From the IMG/VR virus record IMGVR_UViG_3300044630_003672: a DNA stretch of 64,000 nt. The stretch is one strand, 5' to 3'. Source of the stretch: a virus (taxonomy: Duplodnaviria; Heunggongvirae; Uroviricota; Caudoviricetes). The notes under the pieces are model-generated. The model ran no database searches and was not told the origin of the DNA. It saw nothing but the letters and a program-made list of their open reading frames with translations. Positions 19,413 to 29,199 of the stretch are shown here, piece after piece. Position 1 is the stretch's first letter, and the number at the start of each line of letters is the position of its first letter. A program made the translations under genes and the position numbers.

Positions 19413-19444
19413 TTTGGTAATATCCAAAAAGTTTCGTAAATTTG
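19413..19444 (+). promoter_or_regulatory. Bacteroidota-type sigma70 promoter heading the AsnB-GNAT-MTase unit
   Basis: TTTG(19413)-N20-TAAATTTG(19437). It lies only 4 nt before the ATG, so the transcript would be near-leaderless. Confidence 0.65.
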
Positions 19445-19448
19445 TTAT

Positions 19449-20906
19449 ATGTGTGGAATAATAGGCGGTAATTGGTTTACTTCTAGTAAGCAGACCCATA
19501 CCCATTTACAAAAAATAATTCATAGAGGTAGAGATGCTTCTATTGTAGACGAGATAGACAGTGTCTTTGTTGGACACAATCGTCTTTCAATTCAAGATTT
19601 ATCTTCAACAGCAAACCAACCAATGTGGAATGGCGATAAGACTGTATGTATTGTATATAATGGAGAGTTATGGGATAGTAATTACACAAAAGAATTAAAA
19701 GATAAAATTACAATTCCATTTAAAACAAAATCTGATACTGAAATAATTCTTAATGCTTATTGTGAATTTGGAACTGATTCATTCAAAGATTTGGATGGGA
19801 TGTTTTCATTTGCAATAGTTGATACCAAAATTAATAAAATATTTGTAGTTAGAGATTACGTTGGTGAGTTACCTTTATGGTATGCAATTGATAACGATGG
19901 TAAGATGGTATTTTGTTCTGAAAAGAAAGGATTACCAATATCAGAACTTTATGAAAAGCAAGTAAAGGCAATTTATCCAGGAACTTATTTAGAATACAAC
20001 TATAAAACATTAGAACATTCAACGCAAACTTATTATAAACTTCCAAATGAAATAATAAATGATGATAGAGAAACTATCGTTACGAATATTAGAACAATGT
20101 TGGAAGAAGCTGTAAAAGTTAAGATGGTATCAGATGTTCCTATTTGTACTATTCTTAGCGGTGGTATTGATTCCGTTATCACTACATATATTCTTTCTAA
20201 AATTAAACCTGATATTGAAGCATTCGTTGTATCAATGGGTGATGGTGATACTAAAAATGATGATATAAAATATGCTAGAATTGCTGCAAAAGAATTTGGA
20301 GTAAAATTGCATGAAATTATTTTAACCGAACAGGATGTTGAAGATGCGGTTAAAGAAACTCTTTATGTTATTGAGCAAGGTAGATGGCAAAACGTTGGTA
20401 GTGCAATTGCACAAATAGCACTATCTAAAAAGATAAATGAGTTAGGATTCAAAGTTGTATTTAGTGGTGACCTATCCGATGAGATATGGGGTAGTTATGG
20501 GCACATTCAAGCGTTCCATTACAAACCCGAAGATTACGATAAGGCCAGAAGAAAATTAGTAGAAGATGTACATAAGACAAACTTCTTAACAACAAACCAA
20601 TCTATTATGTGGGGTGGAACCGTTGAGGTAAGAACTCCGTATAGTTGGAGACCGTTTGTTGAATATACTTTAAATATTCCACCATTATATCAAAAAGAAG
20701 GTGGACATATGAAACCACTATTAAGAGCTGCATTCAAAGGTGAGATTTCCGATGAACTATTATATAGACCTAAAGTTTACTTCGCAAAAGGATGTAGGAC
20801 AGGTGATATGATGGAAGCTAAAAAAGATATTTTGAAATCTCAATTAAAATCCTTATATTTGTATAAAGACGAACTAAACTTAAATAAATTCTTTCAATAT
20901 GCTTAA
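19449..20906 (+). CDS. Asparagine synthetase B-like glutamine amidotransferase (Ntn GATase plus PP-loop ATPase)
   Basis: N-terminal MCGII (Cys nucleophile), HRGRD, HNRLSIQD, NGEL, DGMFSF, LSGGIDS, VEVRTP. Confidence 0.9.
   Translation: MCGIIGGNWFTSSKQTHTHLQKIIHRGRDASIVDEIDSVFVGHNRLSIQDLSSTANQPMWNGDKTVCIVYNGELWDSNYTKELKDKITIPFKTKSDTEIILNAYCEFGTDSFKDLDGMFSFAIVDTKINKIFVVRDYVGELPLWYAIDNDGKMVFCSEKKGLPISELYEKQVKAIYPGTYLEYNYKTLEHSTQTYYKLPNEIINDDRETIVTNIRTMLEEAVKVKMVSDVPICTILSGGIDSVITTYILSKIKPDIEAFVVSMGDGDTKNDDIKYARIAAKEFGVKLHEIILTEQDVEDAVKETLYVIEQGRWQNVGSAIAQIALSKKINELGFKVVFSGDLSDEIWGSYGHIQAFHYKPEDYDKARRKLVEDVHKTNFLTTNQSIMWGGTVEVRTPYSWRPFVEYTLNIPPLYQKEGGHMKPLLRAAFKGEISDELLYRPKVYFAKGCRTGDMMEAKKDILKSQLKSLYLYKDELNLNKFFQYA
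20831..20861 (+). promoter_or_regulatory. Possible intragenic promoter at the 3' end of the AsnB-like gene
   Basis: TTTG(20831)-N19-TATATTTG(20854), about 38 nt before the GNAT ATG. Confidence 0.5.
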
Positions 20907-21420
20907 TTTTGTAAAAGCTGAAAAAGGTACAACTGAAATGATTGAAGCTGTAAATCAGGCTTCAACTATTATTGATTTGTATCCTGAAATATTTCCACAC
21001 TTATATAAGCAAGGCTTTAAGTTGGAAAAGTATATTGAAAAGGGTGGTATGATACTGCAAGACGGTGTTGTTATCACTTTTGGAAAATATAAATCTCATG
21101 GTAGAATGAGTAAAAATGCTACTACATATAAAAAGAAAGGAGATTATATTCTTCATCAAATTGCAACAAATCACTCTAAAACAAATGCTTCAAAAGAAGT
21201 ATTAGATGAGTTTGTAGAATATTGTAAATCACAACATGCAGAGAATCTATTCTTAACCGTTAGGGCATTCAATTATAGAGCCGTATTATTTTATGAGAGA
21301 TATGGTTTTGTAAAAGATAGTGATATAACTTGGACTAGTAAAAAAGACGGAGTTATAAATGGTATAGTATTCAGATTGAGATTGGTTGCAAACAAAAATA
21401 TAGAAACAGTATGTATTTAG
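20899..21420 (+). CDS. GNAT-family acyltransferase
   Basis: ILHQIAT and LFLTVRAFNYRAVLFYERYGF (GNAT motif B); overlaps the AsnB-like stop by 8 nt. Confidence 0.8.
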   Translation: MLNFVKAEKGTTEMIEAVNQASTIIDLYPEIFPHLYKQGFKLEKYIEKGGMILQDGVVITFGKYKSHGRMSKNATTYKKKGDYILHQIATNHSKTNASKEVLDEFVEYCKSQHAENLFLTVRAFNYRAVLFYERYGFVKDSDITWTSKKDGVINGIVFRLRLVANKNIETVCI

Positions 21421-22640
21421 AATATTTTGATAAATTTAAAGGTATGCAGCCATACCTATATATAAATTCAGAAGAATGGACTTATATTAAAAAAACATTT
21501 GATGTTAATGATGTTAAAGAATCATTAGCAGAAGTGTGTATGGCATACGAATTGCCTTTTGCTGAAATAAGTGAAGATGATGCTAGAAAAGAATATCTTG
21601 CATTAAAAGGTATTCGTTGGAATGAATTATTTACCGAAGGTGAATGGTTTCCAAGAAAGGCATCAGATTTTAGATACTCTTTAGATTTTCAAGGTAAACC
21701 ACAATACATTCGTAGATTAAATACCGGAAATGATGCATCAAATCATTTTCAACAAGCAAATCGTTGGAGTGTAGATGGAACGGTATCACCTGGACCTTCT
21801 AGAACTTGGGCAAGTAAAGAATTTATGACAACTCTAATGGGTGGGTTATATACTCTTAAATTTGATGAAGTTGGTAGAAACCAATTAAGAGTGTGTTTAA
21901 GTTTGAGAAAATATATTTGTTCTCAATTTAAACCAAATGCAGCAAAAGTATTGTATGATTTTTATGGAGCTAAAAATGTATTAGATATATCAGCGGGATG
22001 GGGTGATAGATTATGTGGATTCTTTGCATCTGAAAATGGTGAACATTATGTAGGAATAGACCCTAGAAAAGAAAATCATCCAATATATCGTAAACAGGCG
22101 GAATTCTATACTAAACACAATTCATTCTTTGAAACTGAAAAGAAAGCTGATTTTATAGAATCACCGGCGGAAGATGCAGATTTAACTCAATATAAAGAGC
22201 ACTTTGATATTGTATTTAGTTCACCACCGTATTTCAACGTAGAGAGATATTCTTACGATGATACTCAAAGTTGGGTTAGATATAAAAATATTGATGCTTG
22301 GAATAAAGAGTTTTTACATAAAACAATTGCAAACGTTTGGCCTACTTTAAAGAAAGGTGGTATCCTCGCAGTTAATATTGCAGATGTATATGCAAGTTCC
22401 AAAGGAGATGGTAAAGGTTATAAAGAGATATGTAATCCAATGAATGATTTTATTCAAACATTAGGTGCAGAATACGAAGGATGTTTGGGAATGGAAATGG
22501 CGAAAAGACCTGGTAGTGCTGGAGCGGGTTCTATCATAGAAGGAGATGAGGAAAGATATAGCGAAGAAGCTTTGAAAAAGGCGGAAGAAGCCGGTGATAA
22601 AACATTTTGTGAACCTATTTGGATTTGGAAAAAATTATGA
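21411..22640 (+). CDS. SAM-dependent amino-(N4C/N6A) DNA methyltransferase-like protein 1
   Basis: Motif I LDISAGWG; motif IV FSSPPYF. Confidence 0.85.
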   Translation: MYLEYFDKFKGMQPYLYINSEEWTYIKKTFDVNDVKESLAEVCMAYELPFAEISEDDARKEYLALKGIRWNELFTEGEWFPRKASDFRYSLDFQGKPQYIRRLNTGNDASNHFQQANRWSVDGTVSPGPSRTWASKEFMTTLMGGLYTLKFDEVGRNQLRVCLSLRKYICSQFKPNAAKVLYDFYGAKNVLDISAGWGDRLCGFFASENGEHYVGIDPRKENHPIYRKQAEFYTKHNSFFETEKKADFIESPAEDADLTQYKEHFDIVFSSPPYFNVERYSYDDTQSWVRYKNIDAWNKEFLHKTIANVWPTLKKGGILAVNIADVYASSKGDGKGYKEICNPMNDFIQTLGAEYEGCLGMEMAKRPGSAGAGSIIEGDEERYSEEALKKAEEAGDKTFCEPIWIWKKL

Positions 22641-23851
22641 TAAAAGAATACTTCAAAAAATTTTATGGGATGGAGCCGTATCTTCGTATTGAAAAAGACG
22701 AATGGCAAACTATTCTCAAAACTTATACGAAAAAAGAAATCATAGATGAACTTTCAGAAGTATTGCATACATACCCACCACCAATACCAACTATCACAGA
22801 AGAAGATACGTTAGATGCTTATAAAAAATTAAAAGGAACTTGGTGGCCTGATATTTTAGTAGAAGGTAAATGGTTTCCACGTAATGAAAGAGTATCAAAG
22901 TATCCATTAACTTATGATGGTTCTGAATATTATTTTAGAAGAACTAATGTAGGTAATAATGCATCCAATCCATTTCATATAGAAAATCGTTGGAAGGTTG
23001 ATTGGGTTAGAACACCATCGGGTTGGAAAACTTGGCAAACGGTAGAAGGTATTAAAACAATCGTAAGAGCATACTTTACTTTGGATAAAATGTTATTGGA
23101 TGTAAATTTGGAAACTCTTAAAATGGCAACTACATTAAGAAAGTATGTTGCATCACAATTTAAACCTGTTATTGCAAAAGCATTCTATGATAAGTTTCAA
23201 AGTAAAAATGTTATGGATTTTTCAGCAGGATGGGGTGACCGTTTAGCTGGATTCTTTGCAGGAGAAACAACAAAGTTTTATTTAGGTATTGACCCAAATA
23301 GTAGTAATCATCCTAACTATCAAAAACAAATTGAGTTCTATAAAAAACATACAACATTCTTTGAAGAAGATAAAGATGCAAAGATGTTACAAGCGGCGGC
23401 TGAAGATGTAGATTATTCAGAGTATGAAAACTTCTTTGATACAATCTTTACTTCACCACCGTATTTTAATACGGAAAGATACAGCTTTGATGATACTCAA
23501 AGTTGGATTAGATATAAAAAGTTTGATGATTGGAACAAAGGGTTCTTTCATACAACATTAGACAAAATTATACCAACCTTAAAAAAAGGTGGAATACTGG
23601 CAATCAATATTGCGGATGTATTTTCCGCACCTGATAAGGGGTATGTGGACATAGTTAATTCTATGAACGATTTCCTTCAATCCAGAGGGTTAATTTATAA
23701 AGGGTGTATTGGTATGGAAATGACAAAAAGACCCAATAGTGGGGGTGCTGGGATGGCTGTATCGGAATATTACTCCGATGAATTGAAGGAAAAGGCTGAA
23801 GAAACAAAAAACCACGCATTTGGAGAACCAATATGGATTTGGGAAAAATAA
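22637..23851 (+). CDS. Amino-DNA methyltransferase-like protein 2 (paralog of 1)
   Basis: MDFSAGWG; FTSPPYF; ATGA overlap with the upstream gene. Confidence 0.85.
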   Translation: MIKEYFKKFYGMEPYLRIEKDEWQTILKTYTKKEIIDELSEVLHTYPPPIPTITEEDTLDAYKKLKGTWWPDILVEGKWFPRNERVSKYPLTYDGSEYYFRRTNVGNNASNPFHIENRWKVDWVRTPSGWKTWQTVEGIKTIVRAYFTLDKMLLDVNLETLKMATTLRKYVASQFKPVIAKAFYDKFQSKNVMDFSAGWGDRLAGFFAGETTKFYLGIDPNSSNHPNYQKQIEFYKKHTTFFEEDKDAKMLQAAAEDVDYSEYENFFDTIFTSPPYFNTERYSFDDTQSWIRYKKFDDWNKGFFHTTLDKIIPTLKKGGILAINIADVFSAPDKGYVDIVNSMNDFLQSRGLIYKGCIGMEMTKRPNSGGAGMAVSEYYSDELKEKAEETKNHAFGEPIWIWEK

Positions 23852-23852
23852 A

Positions 23853-23884
23853 TTTGGTAGATTCAATAAAATATCGTATATTTG
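23853..23884 (+). promoter_or_regulatory. Bacteroidota-type sigma70 promoter
   Basis: TTTG(23853)-N20-TATATTTG(23877). Confidence 0.8.
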
Positions 23885-23916
23885 TATTCACAATTTAAAA
23901 TTTAAACATAAACAAA

Positions 23917-24636
23917 ATGAACAAAGCAAAATTAACAAGATTTATCCAAAAGTATAGTTTGGGTGGATTAGTAGAATCAGTTGCATGGAAAACGGAAGAT
24001 AACAAATTAGTTACTCGTTTCATATCCGATGACAAAACTGTATTGGGTGAAATTCAATTAGATAATTTCACATTTAGTGCACCTGATTTAGGAGTGTACA
24101 CAACATCAGCATTATCAAAATTACTTTCGGTAGTTGGTGAAGATATTGAGTTGGAAGCACAAGAAATTGAAGGTAAAGCTGTAAACCTTTTCGTTAAAAG
24201 CGAAAACACAAAGGTTCAGTTTCAATTGGCAGATTTGGCAGTTATTCCAAATGTACCAGATTTGAAAAAACTTCCTGATTTTGATGTTGATATTAATTTT
24301 GATGGTGCGTTTATTGATAAATTTATCAAAGCTAAAAACGCATTGAGTGATGTTGATACATTTACTATTCTTACTGAAAAGAAAGAATTAAAAGTTGTAT
24401 TGGGTTATTCAAATATTAACTCAAATAGAGTTGTGTTCGTAGTTGATAAAGCATATGCAGGTGATGTTAAACCAATTTCTTTCTCAGCAAAGTATTTGAA
24501 AGAAATCTTAACTGCAAATAAAGAGGCAACTGCGGTTGTACTTAAAGTATCAACACAAGGTATTTCGCACGTTGAATTTAAAATTGATGATTTCACTGCA
24601 AAATATTACCTAGTAGAACAACAATTAACTGCATAA
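23917..24636 (+). CDS. Sliding clamp (gp45/PCNA-like)
   Basis: 239 aa with an alternating beta/alpha two-domain pattern; located in the replication block near PolB and the clamp loader. Confidence 0.6.
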   Translation: MNKAKLTRFIQKYSLGGLVESVAWKTEDNKLVTRFISDDKTVLGEIQLDNFTFSAPDLGVYTTSALSKLLSVVGEDIELEAQEIEGKAVNLFVKSENTKVQFQLADLAVIPNVPDLKKLPDFDVDINFDGAFIDKFIKAKNALSDVDTFTILTEKKELKVVLGYSNINSNRVVFVVDKAYAGDVKPISFSAKYLKEILTANKEATAVVLKVSTQGISHVEFKIDDFTAKYYLVEQQLTA

Positions 24637-26207
24637 TGAGTTTTAATTACAAAAAGAAATATTTCTACGAAAAGAATGACTGGTTGTACGAACCGGAAGT
24701 GAACTTATTATATGAAGATGTTCTTAAAATGCCATTCGCCGATTTTGAAAGGTGGGTGGCATTTTTTAGAGAACTCGCAGTAAGAGTTTGGAATGAAACC
24801 GGAGCACCACCGAGAATCGGTGTTGATGAAGGTGAAATGATTGAACAATTTTCTAAACTACAAACTTACAAAGTAGAAAAGTTTGAAGAAAAAGATGATG
24901 ACGGAAACGAAGTCATCTTTAACTTCAATAAGTTTGCAACACCAGTTAATCAATTCTTTCCTGCGATGTATAAGACGGGAATCGGTGGTTCGGCTTATGA
25001 TAAGCCAAAACCATCAATCTACGATGTATTCGCAGATGATGCCTATTTGACAGAGTTTGTAAAACAAATGAGAAGATTAACTAGGCAAGATGGTATGTAT
25101 CGTTTTTCTAAAACCTTACATTTAGATAATCCAGAATTTCATAATTCACATATCCAAAGTGGTAAAGAGTGGATTGAAAAATGGGCAGCGGGTAATAAGA
25201 AAGAAGGATATGGATTTTGTTTATCACAAGCGGATAGCAAAGTTCCATCACCGCCAATTACTGCACAAGAAGTTAAAGACCTTTATGCAGCTGGTATATT
25301 GAAGTATGAAAACATATCTTCATTAAAAACTGCGGATTGGGGTGAGAATATTGATAATTTAGTTGATGTTCCAAAACAACCAATTCAGATTAAGATATAC
25401 CCATTAGGACAAAGAATATTTCCTGAAGCAACTGCTGCATTTCGTATCGGTATGGGTACACAGGCGGTTGTAAACTTCCCACCACTTACTGCAAAATATC
25501 TTTATAAAAGATTTACGGAACATATTAAAAAACAAGATGTAATTAACATCTATGACCCATCAGCGGGTTGGGGTGGTAGAATATTAGGAGCATTAAGTCT
25601 TGATGATAGAAATATCCATTACATAGGAAATGACCCTAATACCGAAAACTACATTTCAGAAATCGGTAAGACTCGCTATGAGTATCTTGCGGAGTTCTTT
25701 AATAATAAAGTACCGGGTGCAGCTAATCCTTTTTGGGGACACGCTAATACATACGAAATCTTTACAACTGGTTCTGAAATTATTAAAGATGACCCGAGAT
25801 TTCAAAAGTATAAAGGTAAATTAGATTTTGCATTTACTTCTCCGCCATACTTTGATAGAGAACGATATTCTGATGATGATACACAATCATTTAAGAAATT
25901 TGGTAACTATGAAAGTTGGAGAGATGGATTTTTAAGACCAACATTAGAAACTATATATGAGTATCTTCGTAATGACCGTTATGTATGTTGGAATATTGCA
26001 GATATTAAAGTTGGTCCTGATAAGTTTTATCCATTGGAGCAAGATAGTATTGATATACTTACACAATTGGGATGTGAGTATAAAGGCAAATTAAGAATGA
26101 CAATGAGTCCAATGACGGGAATGGATTTATCTAAAGCGAAAAATTGTATGCAGATTGAAGGGCAATTTTATAAGTACGAACCAATTTTTATATTTTATAA
26201 ACCATAA
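24636..26207 (+). CDS. Amino-DNA methyltransferase-like protein 3 with long N-terminal region
   Basis: IYDPSAGWGG; FTSPPYF; TAATG-coupled to the clamp gene. Confidence 0.85.
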   Translation: MSFNYKKKYFYEKNDWLYEPEVNLLYEDVLKMPFADFERWVAFFRELAVRVWNETGAPPRIGVDEGEMIEQFSKLQTYKVEKFEEKDDDGNEVIFNFNKFATPVNQFFPAMYKTGIGGSAYDKPKPSIYDVFADDAYLTEFVKQMRRLTRQDGMYRFSKTLHLDNPEFHNSHIQSGKEWIEKWAAGNKKEGYGFCLSQADSKVPSPPITAQEVKDLYAAGILKYENISSLKTADWGENIDNLVDVPKQPIQIKIYPLGQRIFPEATAAFRIGMGTQAVVNFPPLTAKYLYKRFTEHIKKQDVINIYDPSAGWGGRILGALSLDDRNIHYIGNDPNTENYISEIGKTRYEYLAEFFNNKVPGAANPFWGHANTYEIFTTGSEIIKDDPRFQKYKGKLDFAFTSPPYFDRERYSDDDTQSFKKFGNYESWRDGFLRPTLETIYEYLRNDRYVCWNIADIKVGPDKFYPLEQDSIDILTQLGCEYKGKLRMTMSPMTGMDLSKAKNCMQIEGQFYKYEPIFIFYKP

Positions 26208-26215
26208 CATAATAG

Positions 26216-28768
26216 ATGTATCAAAACATTTTCTTTGAAAGAAATAGAAACTTAATTCATTTGTGGGATGACACTTTAGGGTATCGCACATTTCCATATA
26301 AAAAATATGCATATGTTAAAGACCCAAATGGGGAATATCAATCTATGCATGGTGACCGTTTAAGTAAAGTATTTAAATGGGAAAAGGATAGTGGTGAGGA
26401 ATTATTTGAATCAGATGTACCGGAAACCACCAGAGTATTAGTAGACCTATATGGGGATGATACTCCATCTAAAGGTCATATTGTTTTAACTTTTGACATT
26501 GAGGTAGAAATGATAACAGGACTTCCAAACATTGAAAAAGCCGAAAACGAAATTACTTCAATAGCAGCGTATGATGATGCCACAAAAGAGTATCATGTAT
26601 TCGTTGTAGATAAAAAAGGTAAGGTAAACGGTAAATCGTTTCAAAAAGATGGTAGAGATGTGCATGTTCATATCTTTGGTAGTGAGCGTGAATTGTTGAT
26701 GAAATACTTAACTTATGTTGAAAGTGTAAACGCAACGATTTGGACGGGATGGAATATTGATTTCTTTGACGTTCCATATCTTTATAATCGTATTAAGAAT
26801 GTATGTGGGGAAAATCAAGCCAATCGTTTATCTTGTATAGGTAAAACATATTGGTCACCTTATCGTAATCGTTATAGTATTGCGGGTGTGAGTATTATGG
26901 ACTATATCGGTTTGTATAAACGATACAACTTTGGTTTAGAGAGTTCATATACTCTTAATCATATCGCTATGAAAGAATTGGGTAGAGGTAAGGTTGAATA
27001 TGAGGGAAGTTTGGATGACTTATTTGAGGATGATTTAGAAAAATTTATTGAATATAACATTACTGACGTTGAGTTGGTGGTATCAATGGATACCAAACTT
27101 CAATTTATTGAATTAAGTAGAGCGATTTGTCATTCTGGATTTACACCATATGAAGATTACATTTTCTCATCAAAGTATTTGGAAGGAGCTTGTTTAGCTT
27201 ATCTTAAAAAGAAAGGATTGGTAGCACCTAATAAACCAAAGAATCACAAAGATAAACTTGCAGAACAGGCTGAAGCTGGTGAAGAAAAATTTATTGGGGC
27301 ATATGTTAAAGAACCAATTGTTGGTAAGTATGATTGGATTTATGACTTGGACTTAACATCTCTATATCCATCAATCATTATGACCTTAAATATCTCACCT
27401 GAAACAAAGGTTGGTAAGATTTCAAATTGGGATCCTGAATCTTGGGTTAGGGGTGAAGATAGACAATATACGATTGTTGGTAAAACAAAAGAGTTTACAT
27501 ATAATAGAAAAGAATTAGAAGAAGTAATTAGAGATAATCAATTAGGTGTTGCTGCAAATGGTGTGTTATATACACAAAAGAAACCTGGTTTGATTGCAGA
27601 TATTTTAGATACTTGGTTTAAACAAAGGGTTGAGTTCAGAAAGTTGGAGAAGAAGTATGGTGAGGCGGGTGATACTGAAAAATATGAATTCTATGGTAAG
27701 AGGCAGTTGGTACAAAAGATTCTTTTGAACTCAATGTATGGTGTGTTAGGACTTGTTGCATTTAGATTCTATGATATTGATAATGCAGAAGCAGTAACGA
27801 TTACCGGTCAAACTGTAATTAAGAAAACTGCCGAAATGGCAAATCTTAAATACCAAAAAGAGTTGGGTACAAAAGACGATTATAATGTTTACATTGATAC
27901 TGATTCAATTTATATGATGGCAGAACCTTTGGTTAAATTTAGGTATCCTGAATATAAAACATTTGACCAAACTAGAATGGCATCCGAAGTTAATATCGTT
28001 GCAGAAGAAACTCAAGCATTTTTAAATTCATTTTATAACTTACTAGCGGAAAGATTCTTTTGTATTCCAAAAGAGAAACACCGCTTTGAGATTAAGAAAG
28101 AGTATATCAGTAAAGCAGGATTTTGGGTAGCAAAGAAGCGATACGCACAATGGATGATTTTGAAGAATGGAATTCCTTGCGATAAATTGGATGTAAAAGG
28201 ATTGGATGTAGTACGTTCATCGTTTCCAAAAGCATTTCAGGAGTTTATGGCTAAAATGTTAAAAGACATTCTAATGGGTAAAACCAATGAAGAAATAAAT
28301 GAATCTCTTTTAGAATTTAAAAAGAGTATCTATACACTTCCGATAAATAAAATCGCAAAAGGTGGAGCTATTAAAGAATTGAGTAAATACGATAAAGGTA
28401 AGTGGAGAAAAGATAGTGGATTGGCGATTGCTAATTTTGAGAAAGGAACACCTGCACACGTTAAGGCTGGAATTGCTTATAATAGATTACTTAAATTCTT
28501 TGAATGTCCGTTTAAACATGAACCTATTAGAGATGGTGAAAAAGTTAAATGGGTATATCTTAAAAGTAATCCATTGGGAATAGATACTTTGGCATTCAAA
28601 GATTATAATGACCCAAAGGATGTATTGGATTTCATTGATAAATACATAGATAGAGATGAAATATATAAAGCAGAATTAGAAAATAAACTAAATGATTTCT
28701 TCGGTGCTCTCAAATGGGAAATGGCATCGGTAGAATCACAAAACGCAAAAAAGTTTTTTGAATTCTAA
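26216..28768 (+). CDS. Family B DNA polymerase
   Basis: ExoI FDIEVE; motif A DLDLTSLYPSII; motif B QKILLNSMYG; motif C YIDTDS. Confidence 0.96.
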   Translation: MYQNIFFERNRNLIHLWDDTLGYRTFPYKKYAYVKDPNGEYQSMHGDRLSKVFKWEKDSGEELFESDVPETTRVLVDLYGDDTPSKGHIVLTFDIEVEMITGLPNIEKAENEITSIAAYDDATKEYHVFVVDKKGKVNGKSFQKDGRDVHVHIFGSERELLMKYLTYVESVNATIWTGWNIDFFDVPYLYNRIKNVCGENQANRLSCIGKTYWSPYRNRYSIAGVSIMDYIGLYKRYNFGLESSYTLNHIAMKELGRGKVEYEGSLDDLFEDDLEKFIEYNITDVELVVSMDTKLQFIELSRAICHSGFTPYEDYIFSSKYLEGACLAYLKKKGLVAPNKPKNHKDKLAEQAEAGEEKFIGAYVKEPIVGKYDWIYDLDLTSLYPSIIMTLNISPETKVGKISNWDPESWVRGEDRQYTIVGKTKEFTYNRKELEEVIRDNQLGVAANGVLYTQKKPGLIADILDTWFKQRVEFRKLEKKYGEAGDTEKYEFYGKRQLVQKILLNSMYGVLGLVAFRFYDIDNAEAVTITGQTVIKKTAEMANLKYQKELGTKDDYNVYIDTDSIYMMAEPLVKFRYPEYKTFDQTRMASEVNIVAEETQAFLNSFYNLLAERFFCIPKEKHRFEIKKEYISKAGFWVAKKRYAQWMILKNGIPCDKLDVKGLDVVRSSFPKAFQEFMAKMLKDILMGKTNEEINESLLEFKKSIYTLPINKIAKGGAIKELSKYDKGKWRKDSGLAIANFEKGTPAHVKAGIAYNRLLKFFECPFKHEPIRDGEKVKWVYLKSNPLGIDTLAFKDYNDPKDVLDFIDKYIDRDEIYKAELENKLNDFFGALKWEMASVESQNAKKFFEF

Positions 28769-28787
28769 ACTTTTTTTCGTATATTTG
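28757..28787 (+). promoter_or_regulatory. Bacteroidota-type sigma70 promoter overlapping the polB 3' end
   Basis: TTTG(28757)-N19-TATATTTG(28780). Confidence 0.7.
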
Positions 28788-28806
28788 TAAAACAAAATAA
28801 AATAAT

Positions 28807-29199
28807 ATGGCAAAGGCTAAAAAAACAAAAAAAGAAGAAGTAGTTGAACTAGAACCAATTGGTGAAGTTAAACTAGAACAAAAAAAATATGAAGATTGTG
28901 AATGGTGTTTCCAATTTGATGAAGATGAACCACAAGTATTTGCTTGGACTGATCCTGAAATTAGTGCAGATGAGAATCCTAAAATCATTTTTGAAATAAC
29001 TAATGGAGAAAATTCATACATTACATTTACAAATGGTAAATCGGGAAAAACATTTAAAATTTACGCTAGAGAAATTTCAGATGCAGGAAAAGAAATGAGA
29101 GAAGCTCAAAGACAGGCTTTCAAAAACTCTCAAGCTGATTTAGAAAACTTTGATAAAAACATGGAAGATTATGCAAGTGAAAATAAAGAAACTGAATAG
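28807..29199 (+). CDS. Hypothetical acidic protein
   Basis: 130-aa ORF directly after the promoter. Confidence 0.65.
   Translation: MAKAKKTKKEEVVELEPIGEVKLEQKKYEDCEWCFQFDEDEPQVFAWTDPEISADENPKIIFEITNGENSYITFTNGKSGKTFKIYAREISDAGKEMREAQRQAFKNSQADLENFDKNMEDYASENKETE

Noticed and set aside
19449-20906. QueC/7-deazaguanine modification pathway
   Set aside because: The protein has a full Ntn glutaminase plus AsnB synthetase layout rather than QueC, and no folE, queD, queE or dpdA is in the window.
15282-28768. Inteins or self-splicing introns in helicase, RNR or PolB
   Set aside because: Lengths are normal, motifs are contiguous, and no intein or homing-endonuclease insertions are visible.
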